Assembly (NCBI GenBank): GCA_013177825.1
Contig: JABLXX010000001.1
Span: 208,936 to 272,935 of the forward strand
DNA length: 64,000 bases
Source of the DNA: Syntrophaceae bacterium
Lineage (GTDB): Bacteria > Desulfobacterota > Syntrophia > Syntrophales > PHBD01
Direction: 5' to 3'
A program made the position numbers and the translations under genes. Below the pieces are notes generated by a model. It had not been told where the DNA came from, ran no database searches, and saw only the letters and a list, made by a program, of their open reading frames with translations. Each line of letters begins with the position of its first letter. The stretch's first letter is position 1. This document shows, piece after piece, positions 19,606 through 29,169 of this stretch.

Positions 19606-21261
19606 TCAGTTGTTCTTTTCCGGGGCGACAGACAGAATCTGTGTTATGGGGAGAGCGGCAATATCGAGGAATTTTCGATACTTTGGATTTTCAGGCGGAA
19701 GCATGTCCATGACCCTTGAGTACAGATTTTCGATGGTTACTTCACGTCCCTCCTGCTTGCCCGGAATTCCGTAGCGGATTCTTTTCCGTTCCTGTTCGTT
19801 CAGTTTATTGATAAGATTCTTTGTTGTCCAGATGGAACCCCGGCGTGCGAAGTCCGAGAGCCTCGATGCATAGTTGACCGAGTCACCCAAAGCTGTGAAT
19901 TCGATGTTCGGGGCTGTGGGAATCGTCCCGAAGAACTCCTGTCCTTCATTGATTCCAATATTTAAATACAGATCGTTGGACCATCCCTTGCGCAGTTTCC
20001 ATTCGTAGCTCAGACGTGCCATATTTGCCTTCAGTTCCACCGAACAGGCAATGGAATTCATCAGGTAGTTGGAATCCCGCTCCCGTAGGAAATAATAAAC
20101 CATACCGTCCCCCACGTGCTTTCCGTACATCCCGTAATAGCTGCGGAAAGAGCCTTCCATCGTTTTCCAGATCTCGTTGATGAGTTCGAAGTACTCCTCC
20201 GGTGCCAGTTCGGCGCAGATCCGGCTGGATTCCTGCAGGTCGGCCACGAGGACACAAAAGGAGGTCAACGTGGGCATCCTCTGCTTCATAAGTTCCCGGA
20301 CCACTTGGTCGCGGCTGGAGAGAAGTTCAGCAACTCCTTTAATAATCCTTTCCACCTGCCCGTACACAAAGAGAATTCCCTCGCGAAACACGGCATAATA
20401 CACGTGATAGGGTTGCTTTTTTCCATTCAGGCCTGGGGTCTCCAGAAAAAGGTCTTTCACAGAATCATGGGGAGCTGCTTCCGAGCGTTCGTAGAGCTTC
20501 TCCAGATATTCCAGCTCTTCCGAGGCCATGTCGCCGTACATTCTTGAAAGAAAACTTGTAGTTTGTTTGGCTTTCACAAACGACATGTGAAAAGCGCAGA
20601 GGTCGAGATCCATGCTTCCCAAGGTTCGGCTTGAGGCCCCACATCGGAGGAGAAGACGAAAAACATTACGATTTTCAGCCTCCCGGATGGTGCGAACGGA
20701 TCTGCGAAAAATTTTCTCCTCCGCCAGAGGATTGATCCAGTCGATTTCGAAATTATTGTTCAAAAGGTACGCAGGACAGGGAATCTCATCGATTGTGACC
20801 TGCAGCGACATCCCCCTTCGCCGGGCCTCTCCCTCCCTGGCTGCGAGGTTGGAATGGCCCGATCCTTTGGATGGCTCCTCATGGAGGGTCTCGGTCAATA
20901 CTTCACCTTGCTTTGCTCCTGAGAGAGCCGCCGGCGGCTCTTCAGGATTCAAAATTGCTGTCTCCTGTGCTTCCTTCCCTGTTTTTTTTTCCACGGGAAA
21001 ACGAACGCCAAGTTCATCGAGAATACTGTGCATATTTCTTCCCTCCCTCTTCATTCGTTGCACCGCTTCGATCCGTTCGACCACGGAAAGCGGAAAGTAG
21101 CCGATCCGTCTTGCTTTGACACGATCTCCCTCCGGCTTTGCGACGCGCGGTTTCGGTATCAGGCCCATCTGAATGTAATTGTTCAGAGTTGCCCGCGAGA
21201 TTCCGGTCTTGTGCAGGATGTCCAGGCTGCTGATCCAGGAGGTTTCACTCGAGTTGTCCAC
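19606..21261 (-). CDS. One-component protein: MerR-type HTH, low-complexity linker, PAS-like region, class III adenylate/guanylate cyclase domain
   Basis: HTH: LDILHKTGISRATLNNYIQMGLIPKP...IGYFPLSVVERIEAVQRMKREG. Cyclase: FCVLVADLQESS (metal Asp), YGKHVGDGMVYYF (Lys plus second Asp), ALGDSVNYASRL (Asn/Arg). GTG start with the RBS GAGGAG 6 nt upstream. Confidence 0.8.
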   Translation of the reverse strand: MDNSSETSWISSLDILHKTGISRATLNNYIQMGLIPKPRVAKPEGDRVKARRIGYFPLSVVERIEAVQRMKREGRNMHSILDELGVRFPVEKKTGKEAQETAILNPEEPPAALSGAKQGEVLTETLHEEPSKGSGHSNLAAREGEARRRGMSLQVTIDEIPCPAYLLNNNFEIDWINPLAEEKIFRRSVRTIREAENRNVFRLLLRCGASSRTLGSMDLDLCAFHMSFVKAKQTTSFLSRMYGDMASEELEYLEKLYERSEAAPHDSVKDLFLETPGLNGKKQPYHVYYAVFREGILFVYGQVERIIKGVAELLSSRDQVVRELMKQRMPTLTSFCVLVADLQESSRICAELAPEEYFELINEIWKTMEGSFRSYYGMYGKHVGDGMVYYFLRERDSNYLMNSIACSVELKANMARLSYEWKLRKGWSNDLYLNIGINEGQEFFGTIPTAPNIEFTALGDSVNYASRLSDFARRGSIWTTKNLINKLNEQERKRIRYGIPGKQEGREVTIENLYSRVMDMLPPENPKYRKFLDIAALPITQILSVAPEKNN

Positions 21262-21374
21262 GGCATCTCCTCTGCGTCTTCTCGTATGAACAGTCCAAAA
21301 ATACGAATTATCGTCTTTACGTGTCCAGAATAAGTAAACAATGGTGGGTTGTCAAGAAAAAAATGGACAGTCCA

Positions 21375-21410
21375 CGGCAATTTATTGCCATTACCGGCTG
21401 GAGTGTATAA
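21375..21410 (+). promoter_or_regulatory. Palindrome GGCAAT-TT-ATTGCC overlapping the -35 position of a TATAAT promoter facing the radical-SAM gene
   Basis: Perfect 6+6 inverted repeat at 21375-21388. TATAAT at 21405-21410, 16 nt downstream. A second TATAAT lies at 21438-21443. Confidence 0.3.
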
Positions 21411-21548
21411 TACAACGTAAAAGAAATATCTTGTACAGTATAATGGCATTTATGCCCGCCCTCATGCCGCCTTCCGACTTTACCGTTGTCCTTTCCTCCG
21501 GCTGTGTGCTATGGTTTTCCAAATTCACGAATATGTCGAGAATCTCTC

Positions 21549-22913
21549 ATGCTTTATTCTTACCGCAAAAAAAACATCCTTCTGGTCAATCCGTGGATCC
21601 ACGACTTCGCAGCGCATGATCATTGGGCAAAACCAATGGGGCTCCTCTATATTGCATCTATTCTTAGAAAATATAACTATAATATAAAATATTTGGACTG
21701 TTTATGTTTGTGTTCTGAGTTAGGCTGTGGGCTGGATCAGGCATTCTCTCGGCGCAAGGGAGACGGGCGAGGATCATATCCGAAGGAAGAGATCCCGAAG
21801 CCCGATATTTTGGGCGGAATCCCGAGAAAGTACAGTCGATACGGATTCTCTCCCCGGCTCGTGGAGGACCGGCTGAAAAAAATGGCCAGGCCCGATCTCG
21901 TTCTCGTAACATCCTTCATGACCTACTGGTACCCGGGAGTCATCGAGACGATCAGTCTCATACGATCCGCCTGGAAGTCCGTGCCCGTGGTCCTCGGTGG
22001 CATCTATGCGACGCTCTGTACCGAACATGCTATCAGATACTCGGGGGCCGACCTCGTTCATCCCGGTGATGGAATCGCGACGCTTCCCGCTCTCCTGGAG
22101 GAGGTTTTCGCGGAGCGGCATGAACCGTCCAAATGCACAGATACGCTGGACAACCTTCCCTATCCGGCCTTCGATCTTCTGCCATATCTGGACCAGATTC
22201 CGATTCTCACCTCACGAGGTTGCCCTTTCCGCTGTACTTATTGTGCATCCCGCCGGATGGAGCCCCGGTTTCGCAGGCGAAGTCCTCAGGCTGTCGCCGA
22301 TGAAATCGTCTATTGGCATGAACGTTTCGGAATTTCCGACTTTTCGTTTTATGACGATGCCCTGCTGACGAATCCGAAGGAGATGATTCTACCGCTGATC
22401 CGGGAGATGATCCGCCGGAATCTACTATGCCGTTTTCATTGTCCCAATGGCCTGCATCTGCGGGACGTCGACGAAGAGCTCAGTCGGCAACTCTTCCGGG
22501 CTGGATTCAAAACCCTTCGCTTTGGTTTCGAGACGGCGGACGCGGACCGGCAGCGGGAAACGGGTGGCAAGGCCTGCTCCGGCGACCTGAAAAATGCGAT
22601 GGAATGCCTCCGGAAGGCCGGTTACCGCGACGGAGAGGTGGGGGTATACCTGCTTTGCGGACTGCCGGGACAGGGTGTTGCGGAAATCGGCGAGGGAATC
22701 GACTTCGTCCGCTCCTGCGGGGCGAGACCCATCCTTGCGGAGTATTCGCCCATTCCGGGAACGGAACTCTGGGACCAGGCGGTGTCTGTCTCACCCTACC
22801 CAATCGCCGAAGAGCCCCTTTTTCACAACAACACCTTGCTTCCCTGCGCGGAGAAGGAACTGACACTGCCGGTTTTCAGGGAATTGAAGAGACGGGCGCT
22901 GGCTCCGGACTGA
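21549..22913 (+). CDS. B12-binding-domain radical SAM enzyme (class B)
   Basis: N-terminal Rossmann-like region NILLVNPW...PMGLLYIASIL...DLVLVTSFMTYWYPG. Radical-SAM motif TSRGCPFRCTYCAS. Start set at the ATG at 21549 (MLYSYRKKNILLV). Confidence 0.8.
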   Translation: MLYSYRKKNILLVNPWIHDFAAHDHWAKPMGLLYIASILRKYNYNIKYLDCLCLCSELGCGLDQAFSRRKGDGRGSYPKEEIPKPDILGGIPRKYSRYGFSPRLVEDRLKKMARPDLVLVTSFMTYWYPGVIETISLIRSAWKSVPVVLGGIYATLCTEHAIRYSGADLVHPGDGIATLPALLEEVFAERHEPSKCTDTLDNLPYPAFDLLPYLDQIPILTSRGCPFRCTYCASRRMEPRFRRRSPQAVADEIVYWHERFGISDFSFYDDALLTNPKEMILPLIREMIRRNLLCRFHCPNGLHLRDVDEELSRQLFRAGFKTLRFGFETADADRQRETGGKACSGDLKNAMECLRKAGYRDGEVGVYLLCGLPGQGVAEIGEGIDFVRSCGARPILAEYSPIPGTELWDQAVSVSPYPIAEEPLFHNNTLLPCAEKELTLPVFRELKRRALAPD

Positions 22914-23070
22914 ATGCCGGGATTAATAAAATCCTGAAGGGAGTGAAAGCCGGGGGACAGGACGTGCCGGTGTGGTTTTCAAAGGACCGGAAACCGGACA
23001 TTCGGGGAGGGGCTGCTTTGGTTTTGTCGGCCACGCAGGTAGCCGAAGGGCGACGACCGGAAGAATCGAA

Positions 23071-24210
23071 TCAGGACCCGGCCCGGCGGAGAATCTCCGT
23101 CGCCTGGATGATCTTCATGACCTCCACCGTCCCGGAAGCCGGGAAAAGCTCCAAGGCATCATTGAGAAGCCTGGGCAGGTGGGATTGAGGATTCACGCCT
23201 TGCCCTCCCAGGATCTGCATGGCCTTCTGGGTGACCAGCAGGGCCGTTTCGGCGCCGACGGCCTTGGCCCGGGCCGCCCACTTCCCGATGCGCCGCGGCT
23301 GCACACCACGGTCCAGGGCTGCTCCGGGATAGTAAACGACCCACCGGGCCTTTTCGATCTCCGTTTCCATTTCTGCCAGCATGAACTGGATGTGCTGAAG
23401 CCGGCTGATCGGTTTCCCATAAAGGACCCTTTCCCGGGCAAAGCGGAGGGCGATTTCGAAGGCGCCCTCGGCGATGCCGAGACCGATGGCCCCGATGGTG
23501 GGACGGGAAACGATGAAGCTGGAAAGGGCAATCGCATGCCCGTCGCCTTCCCGGCCGATCAGGTTCCCGCCGGGAACGCGGCAGTCCTCGAAAAGGAGTT
23601 CGCTGATTGGGACGGAGCGGAACCCCGTCTGGCTCTCCCTTCGTCCGACCCGAAAACCGGGCGTCTTCTTCTCGACCATGAGCATGCTGGCACGGTTTCC
23701 TGTCCGGACCAGAAGGAGACAGTAATCCGCAATGCCGCCGTTTGTAATGTAAACCTTTCGTCCCCGGACCCGGAACGTATCTCCTTCCCGCGCCGCTTCC
23801 GTATTGAGGTTGGCCACGTCGGAGCCGCCGGTGGGCTCCGTGGCGGCAAGGCAGATGATCCGCTTTCCCCGAAGTACCGGGGTCAGATACCGCTTTCGCT
23901 GTTCCTCGGTGCCGTATCGCTCGAGGGCATGGACAGGGGCCAGGGTACCTTCCAGAAAGAAGGCGATGGACGGATAGACCCGGGATATTTCCTCGGCAGC
24001 GACCAGTCCCGCCAGATAACCAAGGCCCGATCCGCCGGTTTCCCGGTCCTGGGCCGCACCGATGATTCCTAGAGACGCAAGGGAAGCCGGCAGTTTACGG
24101 GGAAATTCACCTACTGCGTCCAGATCGAGGGCCCGGGGAGCAAGTTCCTCTTCCGCCATTCGACGCACGGTTGCCCGAAACTCCTGAAGTTCTTCGCTCA
24201 ACTCAAACAT
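23071..24210 (-). CDS. Acyl-CoA dehydrogenase
   Basis: MFELSEELQEFRATVRRMAEEELAP...LAATEPTGGSDV...YITNGGIADY...QILGGQGV. Start at 24210 (RBS AGGA 9 nt upstream). The longer ORF extension is not ACAD-like. Confidence 0.9.
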   Translation of the reverse strand: MFELSEELQEFRATVRRMAEEELAPRALDLDAVGEFPRKLPASLASLGIIGAAQDRETGGSGLGYLAGLVAAEEISRVYPSIAFFLEGTLAPVHALERYGTEEQRKRYLTPVLRGKRIICLAATEPTGGSDVANLNTEAAREGDTFRVRGRKVYITNGGIADYCLLLVRTGNRASMLMVEKKTPGFRVGRRESQTGFRSVPISELLFEDCRVPGGNLIGREGDGHAIALSSFIVSRPTIGAIGLGIAEGAFEIALRFARERVLYGKPISRLQHIQFMLAEMETEIEKARWVVYYPGAALDRGVQPRRIGKWAARAKAVGAETALLVTQKAMQILGGQGVNPQSHLPRLLNDALELFPASGTVEVMKIIQATEILRRAGS

Positions 24211-24483
24211 CGTTTCATTCCTCATCGCAGGATGGTCCGATACACGCGGGGTGCAATTCTCTATCACATTACTGTCGGGAATGCCCTTCCCTTTCTTCCT
24301 CCTGGGATGAGGTCCCCCCAGATATTGCAGGAGCAGATCCGCCTCTTTGCCGGTTGAAAAAAACTCAGCCACCTGTTAGTGACAGAGAACGAAACGGCAA
24401 ACCCCGACCGGCGTATCACTCCTGCCGTGAACTGCGGGAAGTCCGCTTCCGGTCCTGAACAATCCCATCGAAGGAGGGCGATC

Positions 24484-25623
24484 ATGGATTTCAGACTTAC
24501 GGAAGAGCAGGAACTCATTCGCAAGAACATGAGGGAATTCGCGGAGAAGTATGTGGACCCCATCGCCGCCGAGATTGACGAAAACAGCAGGCATCCTGTC
24601 GAGCTGTTCCGGAAGCTCGCAGAGGGAGACTGGATGGGGATTCCAATTCCCCAGGAGTACGGCGGAGCCGGAGCGGATTACCTGACGCACACGCTGGTCG
24701 TGGAGGAATTGTCGCGATCCTGCTCGTCAACGGGATTCACCGTCTCCATTCACGTGGGCATCGCCTGCATGCTGATCAACCTCTTCGGCAGCGAAGACCA
24801 GAAAAAAAAATTCCTCGTTCCCATGGCCAGAGGCCGGCACCTGGGCGCCTTTGTCCTGACGGAGCCGGGGGCCGGGACGGACGTTATGGCCGCTACGACC
24901 ACCGCCGTGGCGGACGGAGGCGATTATGTAATCAACGGAACAAAGACCTTTACGTCCAACGGACCGACGGGCGACACCTACATGGTCTTCGCATGGACAG
25001 ACAAGGCGGCAGGTCGGAAGGGCATGAGCGCCTTCATCGTTCCCAAGGAAACCATAGGTATGAAAGCAGGCGAACACTTTGACAAGATGGGTCTCCGCTC
25101 CTCCCAGACCTCCGAAATGGTCTTCAAGGACTGCCGGGTCCCGAAGGAAAACCTGCTGGGCAAGGAAGGAAACGGTATGGCCATGGCCATGGCGGGCTTC
25201 GACCACGGCCGAGTCGGGATTGCGGCCCAGTCCGTCGGAATCCTGCAGGCGGCCCTGGATGAGTCCATCCGGTATTCCAAGGAGCGGGTCCAGTTCGGCA
25301 CCCCCATTGCCCGGCACCAGGCCATTTCCTGGATGATCGCCGACATGGCCACGGACCTGTCCGCCGCTCGCTACCTGACCTATGCCGCCGCCTGGCTGAA
25401 AGACCAGAAACAGCCCTTCAGCAAGGAGGCCTCCATGGCCAAGCTGTTCGCCGCCGAGGCCGCCATGAAACACACGATCAAGGCCGTTCAGATCCACGGC
25501 GGATACGGGTACTGCAAGGGTGCCAAGGTGGAGCGACTGATGCGGGACGCGAAGATCACCGAGATTTACGAAGGAACGTCGGAGGCACAGAGGATGGTGA
25601 TATCCGGAAACGTGCTCCGCTAG
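24484..25623 (+). CDS. Acyl-CoA dehydrogenase (short/medium-chain, butyryl-CoA dehydrogenase-like)
   Basis: MDFRLTEEQELIRKNMREFAEKYV...FVLTEPGAGTDV...FTSNGP...QIHGGYGY...RDAKITEIYEGTSEAQR. RBS GGAGG upstream of the ATG at 24484. Confidence 0.92.
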   Translation: MDFRLTEEQELIRKNMREFAEKYVDPIAAEIDENSRHPVELFRKLAEGDWMGIPIPQEYGGAGADYLTHTLVVEELSRSCSSTGFTVSIHVGIACMLINLFGSEDQKKKFLVPMARGRHLGAFVLTEPGAGTDVMAATTTAVADGGDYVINGTKTFTSNGPTGDTYMVFAWTDKAAGRKGMSAFIVPKETIGMKAGEHFDKMGLRSSQTSEMVFKDCRVPKENLLGKEGNGMAMAMAGFDHGRVGIAAQSVGILQAALDESIRYSKERVQFGTPIARHQAISWMIADMATDLSAARYLTYAAAWLKDQKQPFSKEASMAKLFAAEAAMKHTIKAVQIHGGYGYCKGAKVERLMRDAKITEIYEGTSEAQRMVISGNVLR

Positions 25624-25662
25624 GAAACCGGGGTTCGGGAATGCCCGGACGGAGGGATGAGG

Positions 25663-26433
25663 ATGGCAGTCCTGGTTGCATGCTTCAAATGGGTCATCGA
25701 CGAGGCCTACATCCGGCGGACCTCCGCCGGTGAACTGGACCTGTCTTCTGTCAGTTACAAGATCAGCGACTACGACCGGAACGCCCTGGAAGAGGCGGCC
25801 CGCCTGAAGGAAGCAGCCGGAGGATCCGTCGCCGCCGTAACCGTGGGTATCCCCGAAGCGACCAAAGGCGTCAAGGACGCCCTCTCCCGGGGCGCCGATC
25901 AGGCCTTTTTCATTGCCGATCCCTCCTTTGAAAAGCTTGATGCCTCCCGGACGGCCGCCGTTCTGGCGGATGTCATCCGGACACGCATCGGTCATTTTGA
26001 TCTGATCCTCTGCGGCGAAGGATCGAGCGATCGCTACGACCAGCAGGTTGGGATCCGCCTGGCGGAGCGGCTGGGCATCCCCTGCGTGTCCTTTGTCCAG
26101 AAGATCGATCTGGAGGAAGGGCGCCTGTCGGCCGAACGGCGTCTGGAGGACGGGATCGAGCAGGTTTCCGCCCCGTTGCCCGCCGTTGTGACGGTCCTTC
26201 CGGACATCAACGTTCCCAGAATCCCCGGCGTGAAAGACACGCTGTCGGCCTCCCGCAAGCCCATCGTCACGATCGGCAGGGAGGAACTGTCCGTCACGCA
26301 GGACGACGGGCATTTTCGCACCGTTTCACTCACGGCTTCCCGACTGGAGCGGCAGTGCGAGCGTTTCGGGATGGACGAGGCGGAAATCAGCCGTTTTGTC
26401 GGAATGCTTCGACAAAAGGGAGTTCTCCGATAA
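25663..26433 (+). CDS. etfB: Electron transfer flavoprotein, beta subunit
   Basis: MAVLVACFKWVIDE...ISDYDRNALEEAARLKE...DLILCGEGSSDRYDQQVG. The second ATG (25663) is better spaced from GGAGGG than the one at 25657. Confidence 0.85.
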   Translation: MAVLVACFKWVIDEAYIRRTSAGELDLSSVSYKISDYDRNALEEAARLKEAAGGSVAAVTVGIPEATKGVKDALSRGADQAFFIADPSFEKLDASRTAAVLADVIRTRIGHFDLILCGEGSSDRYDQQVGIRLAERLGIPCVSFVQKIDLEEGRLSAERRLEDGIEQVSAPLPAVVTVLPDINVPRIPGVKDTLSASRKPIVTIGREELSVTQDDGHFRTVSLTASRLERQCERFGMDEAEISRFVGMLRQKGVLR

Positions 26434-26444
26434 AGGAACACGCC

Positions 26445-27407
26445 ATGGCAGGAATCTGGATATTCGCTGAAAAGATCGGGCAGGCCCTGGAACTTCTCGA
26501 GGCGGGGCAAACACTCATCGCCGCAGGAATGAGCGGAGAACTCGCGGCCTTTTCGTGGCCGGGCGGACCCGACCCGGAGGTACTCGGAACGGGAGGCGCC
26601 GCCGAAGTGTTGCTGCTTCCGCCTCTGGCCGAAGATCAGCCTCTTGAGGCCTATGGACCCGCCATTTTGGCGGAAGCCCGGCAAGCAGGGCCGGACTTAT
26701 TGCTCTTTTCCGCCACGGCCCGCGGCAAGGACCTGGCGGCCCGGATCGCCGGCGGTCTCGATGCCGGACTCTGCAGCGGATGCACCGCTCTCCGCTGGGA
26801 CAGCGAATCCGAAACACTGGAAATGGAGAGGCTTTTGTACGGCGGAGCGGCGGTTCACAGGATCGCGGCCCTCGCCTTCCCCATTCTGGCGGCCGTGCCC
26901 CCCGGAACGTTCCGTCCGGGCGCCGGAAACCCGGACCGGAAACCCCGAACCCGTCATCTGCCGGCGCCTCCCCTTTCTTCGGTCCGCGTACTGGAACGAA
27001 AGCCCAAGGAGCGGCAGGGACTGGACGTCGCGGCGTCGAAGATCGTCGTATGCGCCGGCCGCGGCTTCGACAAAAGGGAAGATCTTGCCCTTGCCCGCGA
27101 CCTGGCGGATGCCCTGGGTGGCGCCCTGGCCTGCACGAGGCCGATTTCTGAGGAAATGCACTGGCTTCCGGAAGACCTCTGCATCGGACTGTCGGGCATC
27201 CAGGTCAAGCCGGACCTGTATATCGGTATCGGCGTCTCCGGCCAGGTCCAGCACCTGACGGGAATCCGCGGCGCCAAGGTCGTCTGTGCCGTCAACCGCG
27301 ACGATCAGGCGCCGATCTTTGCCGCAGCCGACCTGGGCATCGTCGGCGACCTCTATGCGGTCCTTCCCCGTCTCCTTCAGGCGTTGAAGGAAACGGCGTC
27401 TCCCTGA
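26445..27407 (+). CDS. etfA: Electron transfer flavoprotein, alpha subunit
   Basis: C-terminal FAD-binding region IVVCAGRGF...LGGALACTRP...QVKPDLYIGIGVSGQVQHLTGI...VVCAVNRDDQAPIF. Start at the ATG at 26445 (MAGIWIFAEK). Confidence 0.85.
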   Translation: MAGIWIFAEKIGQALELLEAGQTLIAAGMSGELAAFSWPGGPDPEVLGTGGAAEVLLLPPLAEDQPLEAYGPAILAEARQAGPDLLLFSATARGKDLAARIAGGLDAGLCSGCTALRWDSESETLEMERLLYGGAAVHRIAALAFPILAAVPPGTFRPGAGNPDRKPRTRHLPAPPLSSVRVLERKPKERQGLDVAASKIVVCAGRGFDKREDLALARDLADALGGALACTRPISEEMHWLPEDLCIGLSGIQVKPDLYIGIGVSGQVQHLTGIRGAKVVCAVNRDDQAPIFAAADLGIVGDLYAVLPRLLQALKETASP

Positions 27408-27689
27408 ATGGCCGGACACGAGAAGGAGCAGAGAGGCACATTCATGGGTACTCCCCGCTGGTGGATCAGGAACGCCGTTATCGCTCTGGGATCGGCTTTT
27501 TTTCTTGCCTTCGGCGTCGAAGCCCTCGTCGCGGCCTACCGTCTTCGGAACGCCCATGAATTCATCGTTTATTTCTTCTCTTCCAGTTTCATCATCCTCA
27601 TCAGCCTGGTGGGGCTTCTCTACCCGCTCCTGCAGATTCATGCCTTTTTCCGGGCCAGGAAAGGTGAAGGCCATGATGACCAGCCCTGA
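27408..27689 (+). CDS. Small two-TM membrane protein (hypothetical)
   Basis: ATG directly abuts the etfA stop. Two hydrophobic helices (AVIALGSAFFLAFGVEALVAAY; FIVYFFSSSFIILISLVGLLYPLL). Its end overlaps the M16 peptidase start by 17 nt. No recognisable family. Confidence 0.4.
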   Translation: MAGHEKEQRGTFMGTPRWWIRNAVIALGSAFFLAFGVEALVAAYRLRNAHEFIVYFFSSSFIILISLVGLLYPLLQIHAFFRARKGEGHDDQP

Positions 27690-29169
27690 CAGGCGCCTTG
27701 TTCTTCTCATTCTCTCGGCGCTGCTTCTCTGGGGAGGCATTGCCCAGGCCGAGGACCTGGAGGGAAGGGTCCTCCGCAAGATTTTGCCCAACGGCCTGAC
27801 GGTTCTTCTCCTGGAGCGCCCCCTGAGTCCCACCGTGTCGCTCTATATTCGCTACAGAGCGGGAGCGGCCGACGATCCGGACGGCCGGACCGGGACGGCC
27901 CACCTGTTGGAACACATGCTCTTCAAGGGCACCGAAACCATCGGCCCCCTGGATCCGGCCGGAGATGCAGAGCTTCTGGAGCGGATCTTCCAGGTCGGCG
28001 GAGAGCTCGACAGGGAACGAGCCCGGGGGGACCAGGCCGATACGGGAAAAGTGAAGGATCTCATCGCCCGGCTCGAGGACCTTCAATCCCGGCACCGGAA
28101 GACGTTCAAATCCAACGAAATCGACCGGCTGTACTCCATGAACGGCGCCGTGGGTCTCAATGCCTCCACGGGGCAGGATGTGACTACCTATCATGTCAGC
28201 CTGCCCATGAACCGCATCGAACTCTGGGCCAGGATCGAGTCGGACAGGATGATCCGTCCGGTATTTCGTGAGTTCTACGCCGAGCGCGACGTGGTTCAGG
28301 AAGAGCGCAGGCAGCGCACCGATACGGATCCGGGCGGCCTCCTCTATGAGCGTTTCATGGCCGCCGCATTCATTTCCCATCCCTATCGCAGGCCGATCCT
28401 CGGCTGGCCTTCCGATCTTGCGTTCCTCGATCCGACGGTACTGAGGTCTTTTCTTCTCCATCACCACGCTCCGAACAATACCGTCATCGCCGTCGTCGGG
28501 CGGATCCGAACCGATGACGTTATCCGACTGATCGAGAGATACTTCGGAGACATTCCCCGGCAGGCCCCTCTTTTCGGACATCTAACGGAGGAGCTTACCC
28601 AGCGGGGCGAACGGAGGGTTCGAGTGGAATTCGACGCCCGTCCGCAGGTGATGATCGGCTGGCATAAACCGGCTCTCCCCCATTTCGACGACTACGTCTT
28701 TGACGTCATCGAGGCGCTGCTCTCCCGCGGCCGGACCTCCCGGTTCTATCAAAAACTCGTGGAGGAAACGGGAGTGGCGGAAAGCGCCGCCGCCGCGAGC
28801 AGCCTGCCCGGCTCCCGGTACCCGAACCTGTTCGTGTTCTTCGGAACGCCCCGGGACCCGCATACTCCGGAAGCACTGGAGAAAGCCGTCCAAGCCGAGA
28901 TCGCAATACTGCAGAAGGAGCCCGTCCCGGAAAAGGAGTTGGAAAAAGTGAAGAACCGGATGCGGGCCGATTACATCCGGGAGCTGGCTTCCAACGAGGG
29001 GCTGGCGAGCAAGCTGTCCTATTACGAAGCCATTGCGGGCGACTGGCGATACATCACCGGACACCTGAAGGTCATCGATCGGATCACCCCGGCGGACGTC
29101 CAGCGCGTGGCCCGGACCTACCTGGTTCCGGAGAACCGCACCGTCGGTGTGCTGGAGAAAAAACCATGA
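27673..29169 (+). CDS. Secreted M16 (pitrilysin/insulinase) zinc peptidase, catalytic subunit
   Basis: Signal peptide MMTSPDRRLVLLILSALLLWGGIAQA. Inverted zinc motif GTAHLLEHMLFKG (HxxEH). Start set at 27673. Confidence 0.85.
   Translation: MMTSPDRRLVLLILSALLLWGGIAQAEDLEGRVLRKILPNGLTVLLLERPLSPTVSLYIRYRAGAADDPDGRTGTAHLLEHMLFKGTETIGPLDPAGDAELLERIFQVGGELDRERARGDQADTGKVKDLIARLEDLQSRHRKTFKSNEIDRLYSMNGAVGLNASTGQDVTTYHVSLPMNRIELWARIESDRMIRPVFREFYAERDVVQEERRQRTDTDPGGLLYERFMAAAFISHPYRRPILGWPSDLAFLDPTVLRSFLLHHHAPNNTVIAVVGRIRTDDVIRLIERYFGDIPRQAPLFGHLTEELTQRGERRVRVEFDARPQVMIGWHKPALPHFDDYVFDVIEALLSRGRTSRFYQKLVEETGVAESAAAASSLPGSRYPNLFVFFGTPRDPHTPEALEKAVQAEIAILQKEPVPEKELEKVKNRMRADYIRELASNEGLASKLSYYEAIAGDWRYITGHLKVIDRITPADVQRVARTYLVPENRTVGVLEKKP

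Noticed and set aside
24727-26313. 528-aa ORF on the minus strand across the ACAD/etfB genes
   Set aside because: It is antisense to two genes with strong family signatures. The translation is G/R/P/H-rich and low-complexity, with no motifs. This is a typical shadow ORF of a GC-rich genome.
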